From an uncultured Pseudomonadota bacterium (GTDB lineage Bacteria; Pseudomonadota; Alphaproteobacteria; UBA9219): a DNA stretch of 64,000 nucleotides. Positions 9,620-20,136 of the stretch are shown here, one piece after another. The notes beneath the pieces are model-generated. The model saw only the letters and a list, made by a program, of their open reading frames with translations. It did not search any database and had not been told where the DNA came from. The position numbers and the translations under genes were made by a program. The DNA lies in the NCBI GenBank assembly GCA_903869345.1, contig CAIPYM010000053.1, forward strand, positions 98 to 64,097, in the 5' to 3' direction. Numbering within the stretch: position 1 is the stretch's first letter; every line of letters begins with the position of its first letter.

Positions 9620-10423
9620 TCAAGCAACGGGCGCACGTCCTTCGCCGCAGAACATCTGCCAACATGCAAGGGCCGTCAGAGCCGCTGTTTCGGCCCGCAG
9701 AATGCGAGCCCCCAAGCGCAGCACAAGGACATTCGGCAAGGCGGCCAGACGCTGCAATTCGCCCAGCGTGAATCCACCTTCGGGTCCGGTGAACAGAGCC
9801 AGACTCGGCGGAAGCGGGGCACGATCCCCCAGGGTGGCCCAGGGTTGCAGGGCCTCGGCCACCGGGCGAGCGGGACCAATCTCGGCGCACACGAGGGGCA
9901 GCCGATCGGCGGGCCAGGTTTCCACAACTTGCCGCAAAGGAAGGGACGCATGAATCGTCGGAATCGAAAGCCGCTCCGACTGTTCGGCGGCTTCAAGGGC
10001 GACGGCCTGAAGATGCGCCAGCCCCAGACCCTGCACCTGCGTGCGATCGGTGAGGATCAACTGAAGGTGCGCGATCCCGAGCTCGGTCGCCTTCATCACC
10101 AGAAAATCAACGTGTGCCTTTTTCAAAGGCGCCGCGTAGAGCCAAATCTCGGGGCACGGCGGCTTTTCCGGGGGCCGCAACACGGCCACCACCTCCAACG
10201 CAGCGGTCGCCGCACGTTTCCCCCGCGCGGAGCCCGAGGGCACCAGAGCCAGCCGCGCATGGACCTCGCCATCGCGTTCGTTGAAAAGACGCACATCGTC
10301 CCCCGGCCCCCGCCGAAGAACGCGCCGCAGGTAGTGATCCGCCTCGGGCGTGAGGACAACGTGCACCCCTGGAGCCAACGCGTCGCTTACGGATAACCGT
10401 GGCCAAAGATGAGGGTCTGTCAT
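9620..10423 (-). CDS. rsmE: 16S rRNA m3U1498 methyltransferase
   Basis: HYLRRVLR, KATELG, EAAEQSER, GPEGGF, LGARILRAETA; start at ATG 10423 with GGAGG upstream. Confidence 0.95.
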   Translation of the reverse strand: MTDPHLWPRLSVSDALAPGVHVVLTPEADHYLRRVLRRGPGDDVRLFNERDGEVHARLALVPSGSARGKRAATAALEVVAVLRPPEKPPCPEIWLYAAPLKKAHVDFLVMKATELGIAHLQLILTDRTQVQGLGLAHLQAVALEAAEQSERLSIPTIHASLPLRQVVETWPADRLPLVCAEIGPARPVAEALQPWATLGDRAPLPPSLALFTGPEGGFTLGELQRLAALPNVLVLRLGARILRAETAALTALACWQMFCGEGRAPVA

Positions 10424-10439
10424 CACCACCTCCCCGCCT

Positions 10440-10610
10440 CGTCCCGGCGAAGGCCGGGACCTCGAGAAGCTTGACAGAGACATTCCCGATTCCCTCGAGA
10501 CCCCGGCTTTCGCCGAGGTGACGGTCCTTTTTTCGGCTCCGCCTCCTCCCCCATCATCTCCGTGCCTCCTTCTGGGGCGAACGCGAATCTCGGCTTTCGC
10601 CGGAAGGTCG
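10440..10610. repeat. REP-like family A cluster
   Basis: CGTCCCGGCGAAGGCCGGGACCTCGAGA ... CCCCGGCTTTCGCCGAGGTGACG plus a half unit at ~10586-10610. Confidence 0.8.
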
Positions 10611-10616
10611 GATTGA

Positions 10617-12506
10617 TTACGGTGCACTCTCGCGGTGACGAAGGGCGTTCAGGACGTTTTCGTGCACCGTCACGGTCAAGCGTTTGTTCACGTCACGAAG
10701 AGCCTGGTCCAAGATTTCGTGCGGAAAATCTTTGACCAACGATCCTGCCACTTGGGACCGTTCGGGAGAAGCCTGGGCGGGATCAACGTCCGTTGTTGTC
10801 GCAAGACGCGCCACGATGAATCGCCCACCATCCCTGATGAGCGTCACGTCCCCCCGTTTCAGCGCCAAAAGAGCAGGCAGAGAGTCTTTCGGCAGCCCAG
10901 GGTCTGTGTCTCCCAGGGCCGAGACGGGGCGCGAAAGCCGCGTTTCCACACCTGGACGCGCCGCAAGGGTCGCAAGGGAAGCTTTCTCCCGCAGCGCTTT
11001 TTCAATCTCTTTCGCAGCGACCTCGGCGGTTTGGCGTTTTTGCGCTTCCACCCACGCCCGCCGCACCTCGTCCCGCGCCTCGGCAAACGTACGCCGATGG
11101 GCAGGTGTCACGCTGTCCGAGCGAACGACCAGGGACGCTCCCTGCCGATCATCCAGCACAGGGCTCGTTTCCTCCGCGCTTTGCGAAAAGGCGGTCCGTA
11201 GGATATCCGCGCGTCCGGGGAGGTTTTCCACGGACTTGCCCTCCGGGGTCCGGCCCTCCGCATCCACGGCGGGCCAGGTCACCAGGCGAAGCCCGAGGGG
11301 TTCTTTCAGCGATTCCAACGTTTTCCCGGCGGCCAGCGCATCGTCCAGCTCGTTCACGCGCCGCGCAAGGGCGTCGCCGACACGCTCTTGCTCCAGTTGC
11401 GTACGCAGGCTCGCGCGGACATCATCCAGCGAAGGAACCGTCGAAGGGTGCACCGCCCGGAGCGTGATCACATGCCACCCGAGAGGGCTCTTCACGGGGC
11501 CGCTTACATCCCCGATCTTAAGCGCAAAAACGGTTGTGTAGAGCGCGGGCGGAATCGTGCCTTCCTCCAAGCCCTCCAACACAACGGGCTTGAGCCCCGC
11601 CGCACGAACGGCGGCTTCAAACCCCTCGGGACCTTGGGCGGCCTTGGCCAGGGCTTGCGCCTGCGCCGGGTCTTGAACAACGACGTGCGCCATGTCCCGT
11701 CGCTCGGGCGTGGCGAGGTTAGCCCGGCGATCTTCGTAGGCGCGTTCCACATCGGCGTCGGTCACCGTGCTTTCCGCAGCGGCGGACGACGCGTCCAGAA
11801 TCCCGACCGTCACGGCCCGAAACTCCGGAGCCATAAAGCGATCTTGAGCCGCGTCGTAAAAAGCCTTCAACGTCGCTTCATCGGGAGCTGCCGGTTCCGG
11901 TTGGCGGTCGTTCGGCACCGTGACAACCTCGAAGACACGTTTTTGCCCCCGCGCTTTGTAAAGAGCGTCCATCATGACGCGCGGGACCGTCGTGTTGGCC
12001 ATCAGAGCATCAAAGATCAAGTGACGTGCCGCGTCAGCACGTTCATTCTCCAGAATAAACTTTTCGGCCAGACGGTTGCTTTGCAGAAGGGCCTTCCAAC
12101 GCTCCTTATCAAAGTGCCCGTTTTCATCTTGGAACATGGGGCGCCGCGCCATCCATCGAAAAGCAGTCTTGTCATCCACGCGCAATCCCAGACGCGCCGC
12201 TTCCTGGTCGAACGCCGCATGTTCGATCAACGAGCCGAGGGCCAGGTCCAAAAGTCCCTGGTCGCGGGCTTCTTGCGCGGTCAAGGCACTGCCAGCTTGC
12301 TCGCGCATTTTCTGCAGACTCGCCGAAAATTCGCGCTCCAGCTCATGCGCCGTGATCGTCACACGACCGACCTTGGCAACGGCCCGTTGCTCGGGATGTC
12401 CCCTGAACATGTCGCCGACGCCCCAGACCGCGAAGCTTACAACGAGCAGGATCATCAACAGTTTAACGACCCACGAATGGGCCGCCGAGCGCAGGGATTG
12501 AAGCAT
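10617..12506 (-). CDS. ppiD: PpiD-like periplasmic chaperone/peptidyl-prolyl isomerase (SurA N-terminal domain)
   Basis: N-terminal TM segment SFAVWGVGD, rotamase motif VSGPVKSPLGWHVI, 629 aa. Confidence 0.85.
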   Translation of the reverse strand: MLQSLRSAAHSWVVKLLMILLVVSFAVWGVGDMFRGHPEQRAVAKVGRVTITAHELEREFSASLQKMREQAGSALTAQEARDQGLLDLALGSLIEHAAFDQEAARLGLRVDDKTAFRWMARRPMFQDENGHFDKERWKALLQSNRLAEKFILENERADAARHLIFDALMANTTVPRVMMDALYKARGQKRVFEVVTVPNDRQPEPAAPDEATLKAFYDAAQDRFMAPEFRAVTVGILDASSAAAESTVTDADVERAYEDRRANLATPERRDMAHVVVQDPAQAQALAKAAQGPEGFEAAVRAAGLKPVVLEGLEEGTIPPALYTTVFALKIGDVSGPVKSPLGWHVITLRAVHPSTVPSLDDVRASLRTQLEQERVGDALARRVNELDDALAAGKTLESLKEPLGLRLVTWPAVDAEGRTPEGKSVENLPGRADILRTAFSQSAEETSPVLDDRQGASLVVRSDSVTPAHRRTFAEARDEVRRAWVEAQKRQTAEVAAKEIEKALREKASLATLAARPGVETRLSRPVSALGDTDPGLPKDSLPALLALKRGDVTLIRDGGRFIVARLATTTDVDPAQASPERSQVAGSLVKDFPHEILDQALRDVNKRLTVTVHENVLNALRHRESAP

Positions 12507-12727
12507 CAGAGATCACGCGAAGACAGAGAGGCCGGGACTCAACGGACGACGTGCGCCCGTGTCCCGGAAAACGAGAGGCATGATAAAGGGCTCCTCCGGA
12601 ATCGGCAAACGTCGCGCTGACTCGCCCCGTGGACGCGCCACGCTGACTCGCTACGTTGACTTCGGACCGGAAAGTTGATTGTGTGAGGGTGTTCCTTCCG
12701 TTGTTCAGGATTGAGGAGATTGACGTC

Positions 12728-13519
12728 ATGCGTACACGGCTTGCTCTCGCGGCTCTTGGGGCTTTCATTCTTGTCGCGCCGAACGGCACCGCAAGCGCCT
12801 CGACTCCGACCCTGACCGACGACCAGAAAACCGCCGTGGAAAGCGTTGTGCGTGAGCTCCTGACGCAAAAGGAGCCCGAGATTATCCTGCAGGCCGCGCA
12901 GACGCTCCAAAAGCGCGAAGCCTCGGCCCAAGCCGACAAGAGCGTCGCGGATGTCGCGAAAAACGCCACCAAACTTTTCAACGATCCAACATCACCCGTG
13001 GGGGGCAACCTCAAAGGGGATGTCACGATGGTTGAGTTTTTTGACTACCGATGCGGCTATTGCAAGGCCGTTCACCCCGAAATTCTGAAGGCCTTGGACG
13101 CCGACAAAAACATCCGTTTTGTCTACAAGGAATTTCCGATTTTTGGGCCCGACTCGGTTGCGACCTCCAAACTCGCCCTCGCAAGCGTGCGGCAGGACAA
13201 ATATCCCCTCTTTCACAACGCTCTCATGGCAGCTAAAGGGCATTTGACCGAGGAAGAAGTTCTGAAAGTTGCGAAAGCCGTTGGCCTTGATGTTGCCAAG
13301 CTCCAGAAGGACGCTAAAGACCCAGCCATCGCCAAAGCGGTTGAGGCCAATCAGGACCTCGCGACGACCTTGGGCCTTCACGGAACGCCCGCCTTCATCA
13401 TCGGGGACAAGGTGTACCCCGGTGGTCTCGGCGCTTCGCAGATTCAGGCGGCCGTCGCGGAAGCACGCCGCGACGCTCCTGCCAAGCGCGCCAGCGAAAA
13501 CGTCCCGGCGCAGTCCTGA
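12728..13519 (+). CDS. DsbA-family thioredoxin-fold protein (ScsC/Com1-like)
   Basis: Signal peptide, EFFDYRCGYCK, GTPAFII; GAGGAG upstream of ATG 12728. Confidence 0.92.
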   Translation: MRTRLALAALGAFILVAPNGTASASTPTLTDDQKTAVESVVRELLTQKEPEIILQAAQTLQKREASAQADKSVADVAKNATKLFNDPTSPVGGNLKGDVTMVEFFDYRCGYCKAVHPEILKALDADKNIRFVYKEFPIFGPDSVATSKLALASVRQDKYPLFHNALMAAKGHLTEEEVLKVAKAVGLDVAKLQKDAKDPAIAKAVEANQDLATTLGLHGTPAFIIGDKVYPGGLGASQIQAAVAEARRDAPAKRASENVPAQS

Positions 13520-13594
13520 CGCAGCAACGCTGCGAACGGACGATCCTTTCCCGACGCACCCGTACTCCTGGATTTGATACGAGGGAATCGCACG

Positions 13595-14056
13595 ATGACC
13601 CCCCCGCCGTTTGACATCGCTACCGACGCGATTCGCGAAGTTGCCGCCCTCCTGAAAGAAACGGGCCTCGGCGAGATCGAGTACGCCGAAGGGGATCGCC
13701 GCATTCGTTGCGTGGCGGCGGTGTCGGCTCCTGTTGCCGCCCCAACGCCCCTTCCCGTCGCGTCCACGGCGGGAACTTCGGCTCCTGCGGCAGGACCCGC
13801 CACCGCGTCCAACGACACCGAAGGAACGCCCATCAAATCCCCGATGGTGGGAACGGTGTACCTCGCGCCCGAGCCCTCTGCAAAGCCGTTTGTGGACGTC
13901 GGCAGCGTCGTGAAAACAGGGTCCACCCTGCTCATCATCGAAGCCATGAAAGTGATGAACCCCATCAAGGCCCCTCGGGATGGCACGGTGATCAAGGTGG
14001 TGGTCCAAGATGGGCAGCCCGTTGAATTCGACGAGCCCCTCGTGATCTTGGCCTAA
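13595..14056 (+). CDS. accB: Biotin carboxyl carrier protein
   Basis: SPMVGT, IEAMKVMN biotinylation motif. Confidence 0.97.
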   Translation: MTPPPFDIATDAIREVAALLKETGLGEIEYAEGDRRIRCVAAVSAPVAAPTPLPVASTAGTSAPAAGPATASNDTEGTPIKSPMVGTVYLAPEPSAKPFVDVGSVVKTGSTLLIIEAMKVMNPIKAPRDGTVIKVVVQDGQPVEFDEPLVILA

Positions 14057-14070
14057 GGGAAGGGTTCCCC

Positions 14071-15414
14071 GTGTTCGAAAAAGTCCTGATCGCCAACCGA
14101 GGGGAAAGCGCCCTGCGCATCCACCGCGCGTGCCGCGAGATGGGGATTCAAACGGTCGCCGTCCATTCCACGGCGGATTCGGACGCAATGCACGTTCGCT
14201 TGGCCGATGAAAGCGTGTGCATCGGCCCGCCCTCGCCCCGTGAAAGCTACCTCAACATTCCGGCCATTTTGACGGCGGCGGCGATCACGGGGGCGGACGC
14301 CATCCACCCCGGCATCGGGTTCATGGCGGAAAACGCCACGTTTGCGGAAATGGTGGAAGAGCACGGATTTGTGTTCATCGGCCCCACGCCCCAACATATC
14401 CGAATCATGGGCGACAAGATCACGGCCAAAAGGACGGTCAAGGAACTGGGCCTCCCGACGGTTCCGGGCTCGGACGGCGTGGTCGCAACGCTCGAGGCCG
14501 CCAAGCCTCTTGCGGCGCGGATCGGGTACCCCGTCCTGATCAAAGCCTCGGCGGGCGGTGGCGGTAAGGGCATGAAAGTCGCCTCCAGCGCCAAGGACCT
14601 TGCGGAAGCCTACACGCTGGCTCGCAACGAGGCGCGGGCCGCGTTCGGCAACGACGAGGTTTACCTCGAAAAATACCTCGCGCACCCCCGGCACATCGAA
14701 GTGCAGATTCTCGGCGACACACACGGGCACGCCATTCACCTCGGGGAGCGCGATTGCTCCATCCAACGGCGTCACCAAAAAGTGATCGAAGAGGCCCCCT
14801 CACCGGGACTGAATGACGCCGAACGCGCCCAGATCGGCAAGCTGGCAGCCTCCGTCGTGCAACGGCTCGGGTACCGTGGGGTCGGCACGCTGGAGTTCCT
14901 CTACGAAAACGGGCGGTTCTATTTCATTGAAATGAACACGCGCCTGCAGATTGAGCACACCATCACCGAGATGGTGACAGGCCTTGACCTCGTGCGTGCG
15001 CAAATTCGTGTGGCCGCTGGCCTTCCGCTGGGGATCAAGCAGAGCGACGTGCTCCCCTCGGGCCACGCCATTGAATGCCGGATCAACGCCGAGAATCCGG
15101 AAACGTTCATCCCCTCGCCCGGCCTTGTCACGGATTTTCATGCACCCGGAGGCCTGGGCGTGCGCGTGGACAGCGCCCTTTACAGCGGCTACCGCGTGCC
15201 GCCCTATTACGACAGCATGATCGCCAAGCTCATCGTCCACGGTAAAACACGCAATGAATGCCTGCTGCGCCTTCGCCGGAGCCTGGAAGAATTCGTCATC
15301 GGGGGCATTGAGACAACACTCCCCCTTCACCGCCGCCTCGTGGCCCAGCCGGATTTTATTGACGGGCGCTACGACATTCACTGGCTTGAAGGGTTCCTGG
15401 ACCCCCTGAGCTAA
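14071..15414 (+). CDS. accC: Acetyl-CoA carboxylase biotin carboxylase subunit
   Basis: [33 protein letters not shown]. Confidence 0.98.
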   Translation: MFEKVLIANRGESALRIHRACREMGIQTVAVHSTADSDAMHVRLADESVCIGPPSPRESYLNIPAILTAAAITGADAIHPGIGFMAENATFAEMVEEHGFVFIGPTPQHIRIMGDKITAKRTVKELGLPTVPGSDGVVATLEAAKPLAARIGYPVLIKASAGGGGKGMKVASSAKDLAEAYTLARNEARAAFGNDEVYLEKYLAHPRHIEVQILGDTHGHAIHLGERDCSIQRRHQKVIEEAPSPGLNDAERAQIGKLAASVVQRLGYRGVGTLEFLYENGRFYFIEMNTRLQIEHTITEMVTGLDLVRAQIRVAAGLPLGIKQSDVLPSGHAIECRINAENPETFIPSPGLVTDFHAPGGLGVRVDSALYSGYRVPPYYDSMIAKLIVHGKTRNECLLRLRRSLEEFVIGGIETTLPLHRRLVAQPDFIDGRYDIHWLEGFLDPLS

Positions 15415-16481
15415 GCTTCCTGCAAAGCCGCCATGCGGTCGGCCTCGTCCTGGGCGATGAGGGCGTCCACAAACAAATCCAACGCCGTGCCCTCAATCAT
15501 CTCGCTCAGACGGTAAAGCGTCAGGTTGATCCGGTGGTCCGACACCCGGCCTTGCGGAAAATTGTACGTGCGAATGCGCTCGGACCGGTCGCCCGTCCCG
15601 ACTTGGCCGCGCCGTGCCGCCGCGTGCTCGGCTGCGCGAAGGGCCCGCTCGCGTTCATAAATCCGGGCCCGCAGAACCTTCATGGCCCGCGCCCGGTTCT
15701 TGATCTGTGAGCGTTCGTCCTGCATCGCCACGACCGTTCCCGTCGGAATGTGCGTGATGCGCACGGCGCTTTCGGTCTTGTTCACGTGCTGCCCGCCCGC
15801 ACCCGAGGACCGGTACACGTCGATCCGCAAATCTTTCTCGTCAATCTGAATGTCCAGCTCTTCCACCTCGGGCAGGACGGCCACGGTCGCCGTGGACGTA
15901 TGAACACGCCCGGAGGCCTCCGTCTGCGGCACGCGCTGCACACGGTGAACGCCCGATTCAAACTTGAGCCGGGCAAAAACGCCCTTGCCACCGATGGAGG
16001 CCGTGCCCTCGCGCACGCCGCCGAGGTCGTTCTCCGACAACGCGAGAACCTCAAACGTCCAACCGCGAAATGCCGCGTACTTGCGGTACATCTCCAGCAA
16101 AAGCGCCGCAAACAGAGCGGCCTCATCGCCCCCGGTTCCCGCCCGCACTTCCAAAATCGCGTTACGCTCGTCGGCCGAGTCCTTGGGCAAGAGCAGCCGC
16201 CGCAACGCAAGCTCGACCTCGGGCACGCGGGGACGCAGGAGGTCCAACTCGGCCTTGGCCTCCTCGCGCATCTCGGGGTCCGTCAACAGCGCCTCGGCCT
16301 CGCGTGTTTCCTGGTAGAGGCGCAACAGCTCCTCGGCTTTTTCCGCCGCCGGGATCAGGTCGGAATATTCTTTCGACAACTGCGCCATGCGCGGCGGGGC
16401 CAACCCCTCTTCCGCCAGAGCGTCGCGCAACGCGCGATGCCGCGCCAAGATATGATCACTCGTTTCCGCCAGCGTGGACAT
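15411..16481 (-). CDS. prfA: Peptide chain release factor 1
   Basis: [11 protein letters not shown] recognition loop, RTYNFPQGR. Confidence 0.97.
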   Translation of the reverse strand: MSTLAETSDHILARHRALRDALAEEGLAPPRMAQLSKEYSDLIPAAEKAEELLRLYQETREAEALLTDPEMREEAKAELDLLRPRVPEVELALRRLLLPKDSADERNAILEVRAGTGGDEAALFAALLLEMYRKYAAFRGWTFEVLALSENDLGGVREGTASIGGKGVFARLKFESGVHRVQRVPQTEASGRVHTSTATVAVLPEVEELDIQIDEKDLRIDVYRSSGAGGQHVNKTESAVRITHIPTGTVVAMQDERSQIKNRARAMKVLRARIYERERALRAAEHAAARRGQVGTGDRSERIRTYNFPQGRVSDHRINLTLYRLSEMIEGTALDLFVDALIAQDEADRMAALQEA

Positions 16482-16606
16482 GCATCGTTCCTAAGCAAAC
16501 ACGGCCGAGGCGTCTCCCCTGCACGTGAGAAGGTGGTTAGGGGGCGACGGCGCAAAAAGCAAGGTTGCCCTCGTTGTGTCCTTAGGATGACGAAAGCCGC
16601 CCTTGT

Positions 16607-16745
16607 CCGTCATTGCGAACCCGCGTAGCGGGTGAAGCAATCCAGGGCCGTTTGTCCCGTCCTCTCCGTTGTGAGGTAAGAACAGCAAGAACAGTTTTGT
16701 GCGGCCCTGGATCGCCACGCCCCCTTCGGAGGCTCGCGATGACGG
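16607..16745. repeat. REP/RPE-like family B element
   Basis: CCGTCATTGCGA...GCAATCCAGGGCCG ... CGGCCCTGGATCGC...TCGCGATGACGG long imperfect palindrome. Confidence 0.85.
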
Positions 16746-16769
16746 TGGAAGGGACAGGACCCTAAAAAC

Positions 16770-17744
16770 CTACCACCGCACCAGCGCCGAAGCCCAGGTG
16801 AGGCCTGCGCCGAGGGCGTCCAGCAGCACGAGCTGCCCCGGTTGCAACCGTCCGTCGGCCTCGGCCGCCGCCAGCGCCAAGGGAATGGAGGCCCCCGACG
16901 TGTTGGCGTGTTCGGCCACGGTCAGCACCACGCGTTCGGGCCCAAGGCCGAGTTTTTTCGCGGTGGCCTCGATGATGCGTTGGTTGGCCTGATGCGGCAC
17001 AAACCAGTCCAGGTCCTGAGGCGTCAGGCCGTTCGCCGTCAGCGTTTCCTCGACAACCTCGGTGAGTTTTTCAACGGCGTGGCGAAAAACCTCCCGCCCG
17101 CGCATCCGAACTTTTCCCGTCGTGGCCGTGCTGCCCGCCCCGCCGTCCGTTTTCAGAATGTCATAGAGCCGCCCATCCGCATGAAGCCGCGTGTCCAGAA
17201 TCCCGCGATCCTGGATCGAGCCCGTTCCGGGCGCGGCTTTCAGAACAACGGCCCCCGCGCCGTCCCCAAAAAGGACGCACGTCGTTCGATCCGTCCAATC
17301 CAAGAGGCGTGAAAAACTCTCGGCCCCGATCACAAGAATCGTCTCGGCTTGCCCCAAACGAATCGCGTTATCGGCCATGGTCAGCGCGTACAGGAACCCC
17401 GAGCACGCGGCCTGCACATCAAACGCAAAACCTTGTGTAATCCCGAGAGCCCCCTGCACGCGCGTGGCCGTGGCGGGCATGGTCTCGGCGGGGGTTGTCG
17501 TCGCCAGCACAACGCCCTGAACGTCCCGCGCCTCAACCCCGGCCCGCACCAACGCCGCCCGCGCCGCCTGAATCGCAAGGTCCGCTGTGGTCTCCCCGTC
17601 CGCGACAAGGTGCCGCCCCTGAATGCCGGTACGCTCTCGAATCCAGGCGTCCGAGGTCTCAACGCGCGATTCGAGCGCAGCATTCGGCACCAACGGTCCG
17701 GGCAAGAAGCTCCCGCACCCCGCGATCACGGAACGCCGAATCAT
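16770..17744 (-). CDS. fabH: 3-oxoacyl-ACP synthase III
   Basis: AACSGF, FGDGAGA, PHQAN, NTSGASIP. Confidence 0.97.
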   Translation of the reverse strand: MIRRSVIAGCGSFLPGPLVPNAALESRVETSDAWIRERTGIQGRHLVADGETTADLAIQAARAALVRAGVEARDVQGVVLATTTPAETMPATATRVQGALGITQGFAFDVQAACSGFLYALTMADNAIRLGQAETILVIGAESFSRLLDWTDRTTCVLFGDGAGAVVLKAAPGTGSIQDRGILDTRLHADGRLYDILKTDGGAGSTATTGKVRMRGREVFRHAVEKLTEVVEETLTANGLTPQDLDWFVPHQANQRIIEATAKKLGLGPERVVLTVAEHANTSGASIPLALAAAEADGRLQPGQLVLLDALGAGLTWASALVRW

Positions 17745-18853
17745 ACGGCGCTCCCCAGCAGGGAAATCGGTGGGACGTTCGCGCCCTCGATCCCCGCCGG
17801 GTCGGGCGCACCCCCCGCAGAAAGGGAATCGAGCACCCCGTAATGGACGGCCAGTTCGTCCCGAAGACGCTCGTTAAAGCGCCGATCCACCAGGTCAAAG
17901 GCCTCGCCAATCGCGTTCGCAAAACCTTCCCCGTCCGTGCCGCCGTGACTCTTGACGCACACGCCCTGCAACCCCAGGAACATCGCGCCGTTGTACCGGC
18001 GAGGGTCGGCGCGGGCTTCCACCCGGCGCAACGCGCTCCGCGCTAGCAGGTACCCGAGACGAGCGGGCAGCGAGGACATAAACGCCATCCGCAAAAAGCC
18101 CGTCACAAGACTCGCCGTGCCCTCGATGGTTTTCAGGGCGACGTTGCCGCTGAACCCGTCGGACACGATCACATCCACCGTCCCCGCCGTGATGTCGTTG
18201 CCCTCGACAAAGCCATGGAAAACGCCCGGCAACGGACGGTCGCGGAGAATCGCGGCGGCCGTGCGAATTTCGTCGTGGCCCTTCATTTCTTCGACGCCAA
18301 TGTTCAAAAGGCCAATCAGCGGCTGATCCACACCCCCCACGACGCGGGAGTAAATCGCACCCATCAGAGCAAATTGCACAAGATTCTCGGCGTCACATTC
18401 GATGTTCGCGCCCAGATCCAGCATGACGCACTCGCCGGTCCGCGTCGGCAACAGCGAGGCAATCGCGGGTCGATCAATCCCCGGCAAGGTCTTGAGCACA
18501 CGCTTGGCCAGCGCCATCAGCGCACCCGTGTTGCCCGCCGAGACCGCACACGCGGCCTCCCCCTTGGCGACGGCTTCCAACGCAAGCCGCATGCTGGAGC
18601 GGCGACCCTGGCGCAGCGCAAGGGACGGCCTCAGGTCCGAGGCAATCACCTCGTCCGTGTGGCAAATCTCGCTAACGCGGCGCAAAGCCTCGGGCGCAGC
18701 GTCCAGCAACGGGCGCACACGCTCCCGATCCCCGTAGAACAGGAAGTTCACGTTCGAGGCACGTTCCCGCGCTCGCGTGGCCCCTTCGACGATGATCGAG
18801 GGGGCGCAATCCCCCCCCATCGCGTCAAGGGCGATGATGGTTCGAGCAGTCAT
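17741..18853 (-). CDS. plsX: Phosphate acyltransferase
   Basis: IALDAMGGD, SAGNTGALM, DGFSGNVALK, KSHG. Confidence 0.97.
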   Translation of the reverse strand: MTARTIIALDAMGGDCAPSIIVEGATRARERASNVNFLFYGDRERVRPLLDAAPEALRRVSEICHTDEVIASDLRPSLALRQGRRSSMRLALEAVAKGEAACAVSAGNTGALMALAKRVLKTLPGIDRPAIASLLPTRTGECVMLDLGANIECDAENLVQFALMGAIYSRVVGGVDQPLIGLLNIGVEEMKGHDEIRTAAAILRDRPLPGVFHGFVEGNDITAGTVDVIVSDGFSGNVALKTIEGTASLVTGFLRMAFMSSLPARLGYLLARSALRRVEARADPRRYNGAMFLGLQGVCVKSHGGTDGEGFANAIGEAFDLVDRRFNERLRDELAVHYGVLDSLSAGGAPDPAGIEGANVPPISLLGSAV

Positions 18854-18895
18854 CCAAGGCCAAAAGACGGGCGACGACCGAGCCGTCCCCCACGG

Positions 18896-19084
18896 TTAGG
18901 AACGCTGACGTTTAACCGAGACGATTTTCTTCGTCCCGTAAGACCCACACGCCGCGCAAACATGGTGCGGGCGCTTCATATCGCCACACGTCGGGCACTC
19001 CACAAGACCCACCGGTGACAAAGCGTGATGCGAACGGCGTTGGTTCCGCACGGATTTCGATGTTTTTCTCTTCGGAACAGCCAT
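18896..19084 (-). CDS. rpmF: 50S ribosomal protein L32
   Basis: MAVPKRKTSKS, CPTC...HHVCAACG; upstream of plsX. Confidence 0.96.
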   Translation of the reverse strand: MAVPKRKTSKSVRNQRRSHHALSPVGLVECPTCGDMKRPHHVCAACGSYGTKKIVSVKRQRS

Positions 19085-19222
19085 AACACCCCTCGCGTTT
19101 TGCAGGAGGTCCCGTTCGCCTGTGCGCACGTCCCCCTTGATCTTCCCGGCCCCGAACCCCGAGGCCCTTGCAACCCGCCCCTTCTAAAGCAACGCGCCGA
19201 AAAAGCAAGAGGGGCCAAAAAA

Positions 19223-19298
19223 TGGTGCCCAGGGACGGAATTGAACCGCCGACACGGGGATTTTCAGTCCCCTGCTCTACCGACTGAGCTACCTGGGC
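19223..19298 (-). tRNA. tRNA-Phe (GAA)
   Basis: GCCCAGGTAGCTCAGTCGGTAGAGCAGGGGACTGAAAATCCCCGTGTCGGCGGTTCAATTCCGTCCCTGGGCACCA; cloverleaf with encoded CCA. Confidence 0.98.
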
Positions 19299-19507
19299 AT
19301 CACAGAGAAGCCCCCCAACAAACCGGGGGCCCTTTTGCTGCGAAAGGGGATTGTATACCCGCACCTCCCTCGGATTCACAACCTCTTTCTTGCGCCTCGC
19401 GCAGGGCTTGGCGAAACGGGACTGTTAATGCGGTCTTGCCGCGCACACGGCAGCGGGCGCATACTCGGGGGACCACAAACGTTGTTCTGACGATTCCAGA
19501 GGTTTGC

Positions 19508-20101
19508 ATGCCCTTCACTCTGCCCCCTCTGCCCTACGCCCCGGACGCGCTCGCGCCCCATATTTCCGGGCAAACGTTCGCGTTTCACCACGGCAAGCAC
19601 CATCAGGCGTACGTGAACAACCTGAACGGCCTGGTGCAAGGAACGCCGCTGGCGGATGCGCCCCTGGAGGACGTGATCCGCGCCAGTGCGGGCAAACCCG
19701 ACCAAGCCGGGGTGTTCAACAACGCCGCGCAAGTCTGGAACCACACGTTTTTCTGGAACAGCCTGTCCCCTCAAGGGGGTGGAGAGCCAACGGGCGACCT
19801 GGCCGAGCGCCTGACCAAGGCCTTTGGCAGCGTTGCCGCGTTCAAAGACCAGTTCAAGCAAGCGGGCGCGACCCTTTTCGGCAGCGGGTGGGTTTGGCTT
19901 GTTGCGGACCAAGGCACGCTGAAAATCGTCAAAACCTCCAACGCCGATACGCCGCTGGTTCACGGTCAAAAAGCCCTTGTGACGTGCGACGTGTGGGAGC
20001 ATGCCTATTACCTGGATTACCAAAACCGCCGCCCTGATTTTCTTCAGGCGTTTCTGGACCACCTGATCAACTGGGATTTTGCCGCCCGGAATCTCGTCTA
20101 A
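19508..20101 (+). CDS. sodB: Superoxide dismutase [Fe]
   Basis: HHGKHH, AAQVWNH, FGSGW, DVWEHAYY. Confidence 0.95.
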   Translation: MPFTLPPLPYAPDALAPHISGQTFAFHHGKHHQAYVNNLNGLVQGTPLADAPLEDVIRASAGKPDQAGVFNNAAQVWNHTFFWNSLSPQGGGEPTGDLAERLTKAFGSVAAFKDQFKQAGATLFGSGWVWLVADQGTLKIVKTSNADTPLVHGQKALVTCDVWEHAYYLDYQNRRPDFLQAFLDHLINWDFAARNLV

Positions 20102-20136
20102 GTTTCCCCTCCCTCTTTTCCTTTCAGGAGTCATCC

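Noticed and set aside
14071-14110. ANRGESA instead of ANRGEIA in AccC
   Set aside because: Single substitution; all other catalytic motifs intact
19223-19298. tRNA-Phe as an island integration site
   Set aside because: Flanked by rpmF and sodB; no integrase or duplicated 3' end seen
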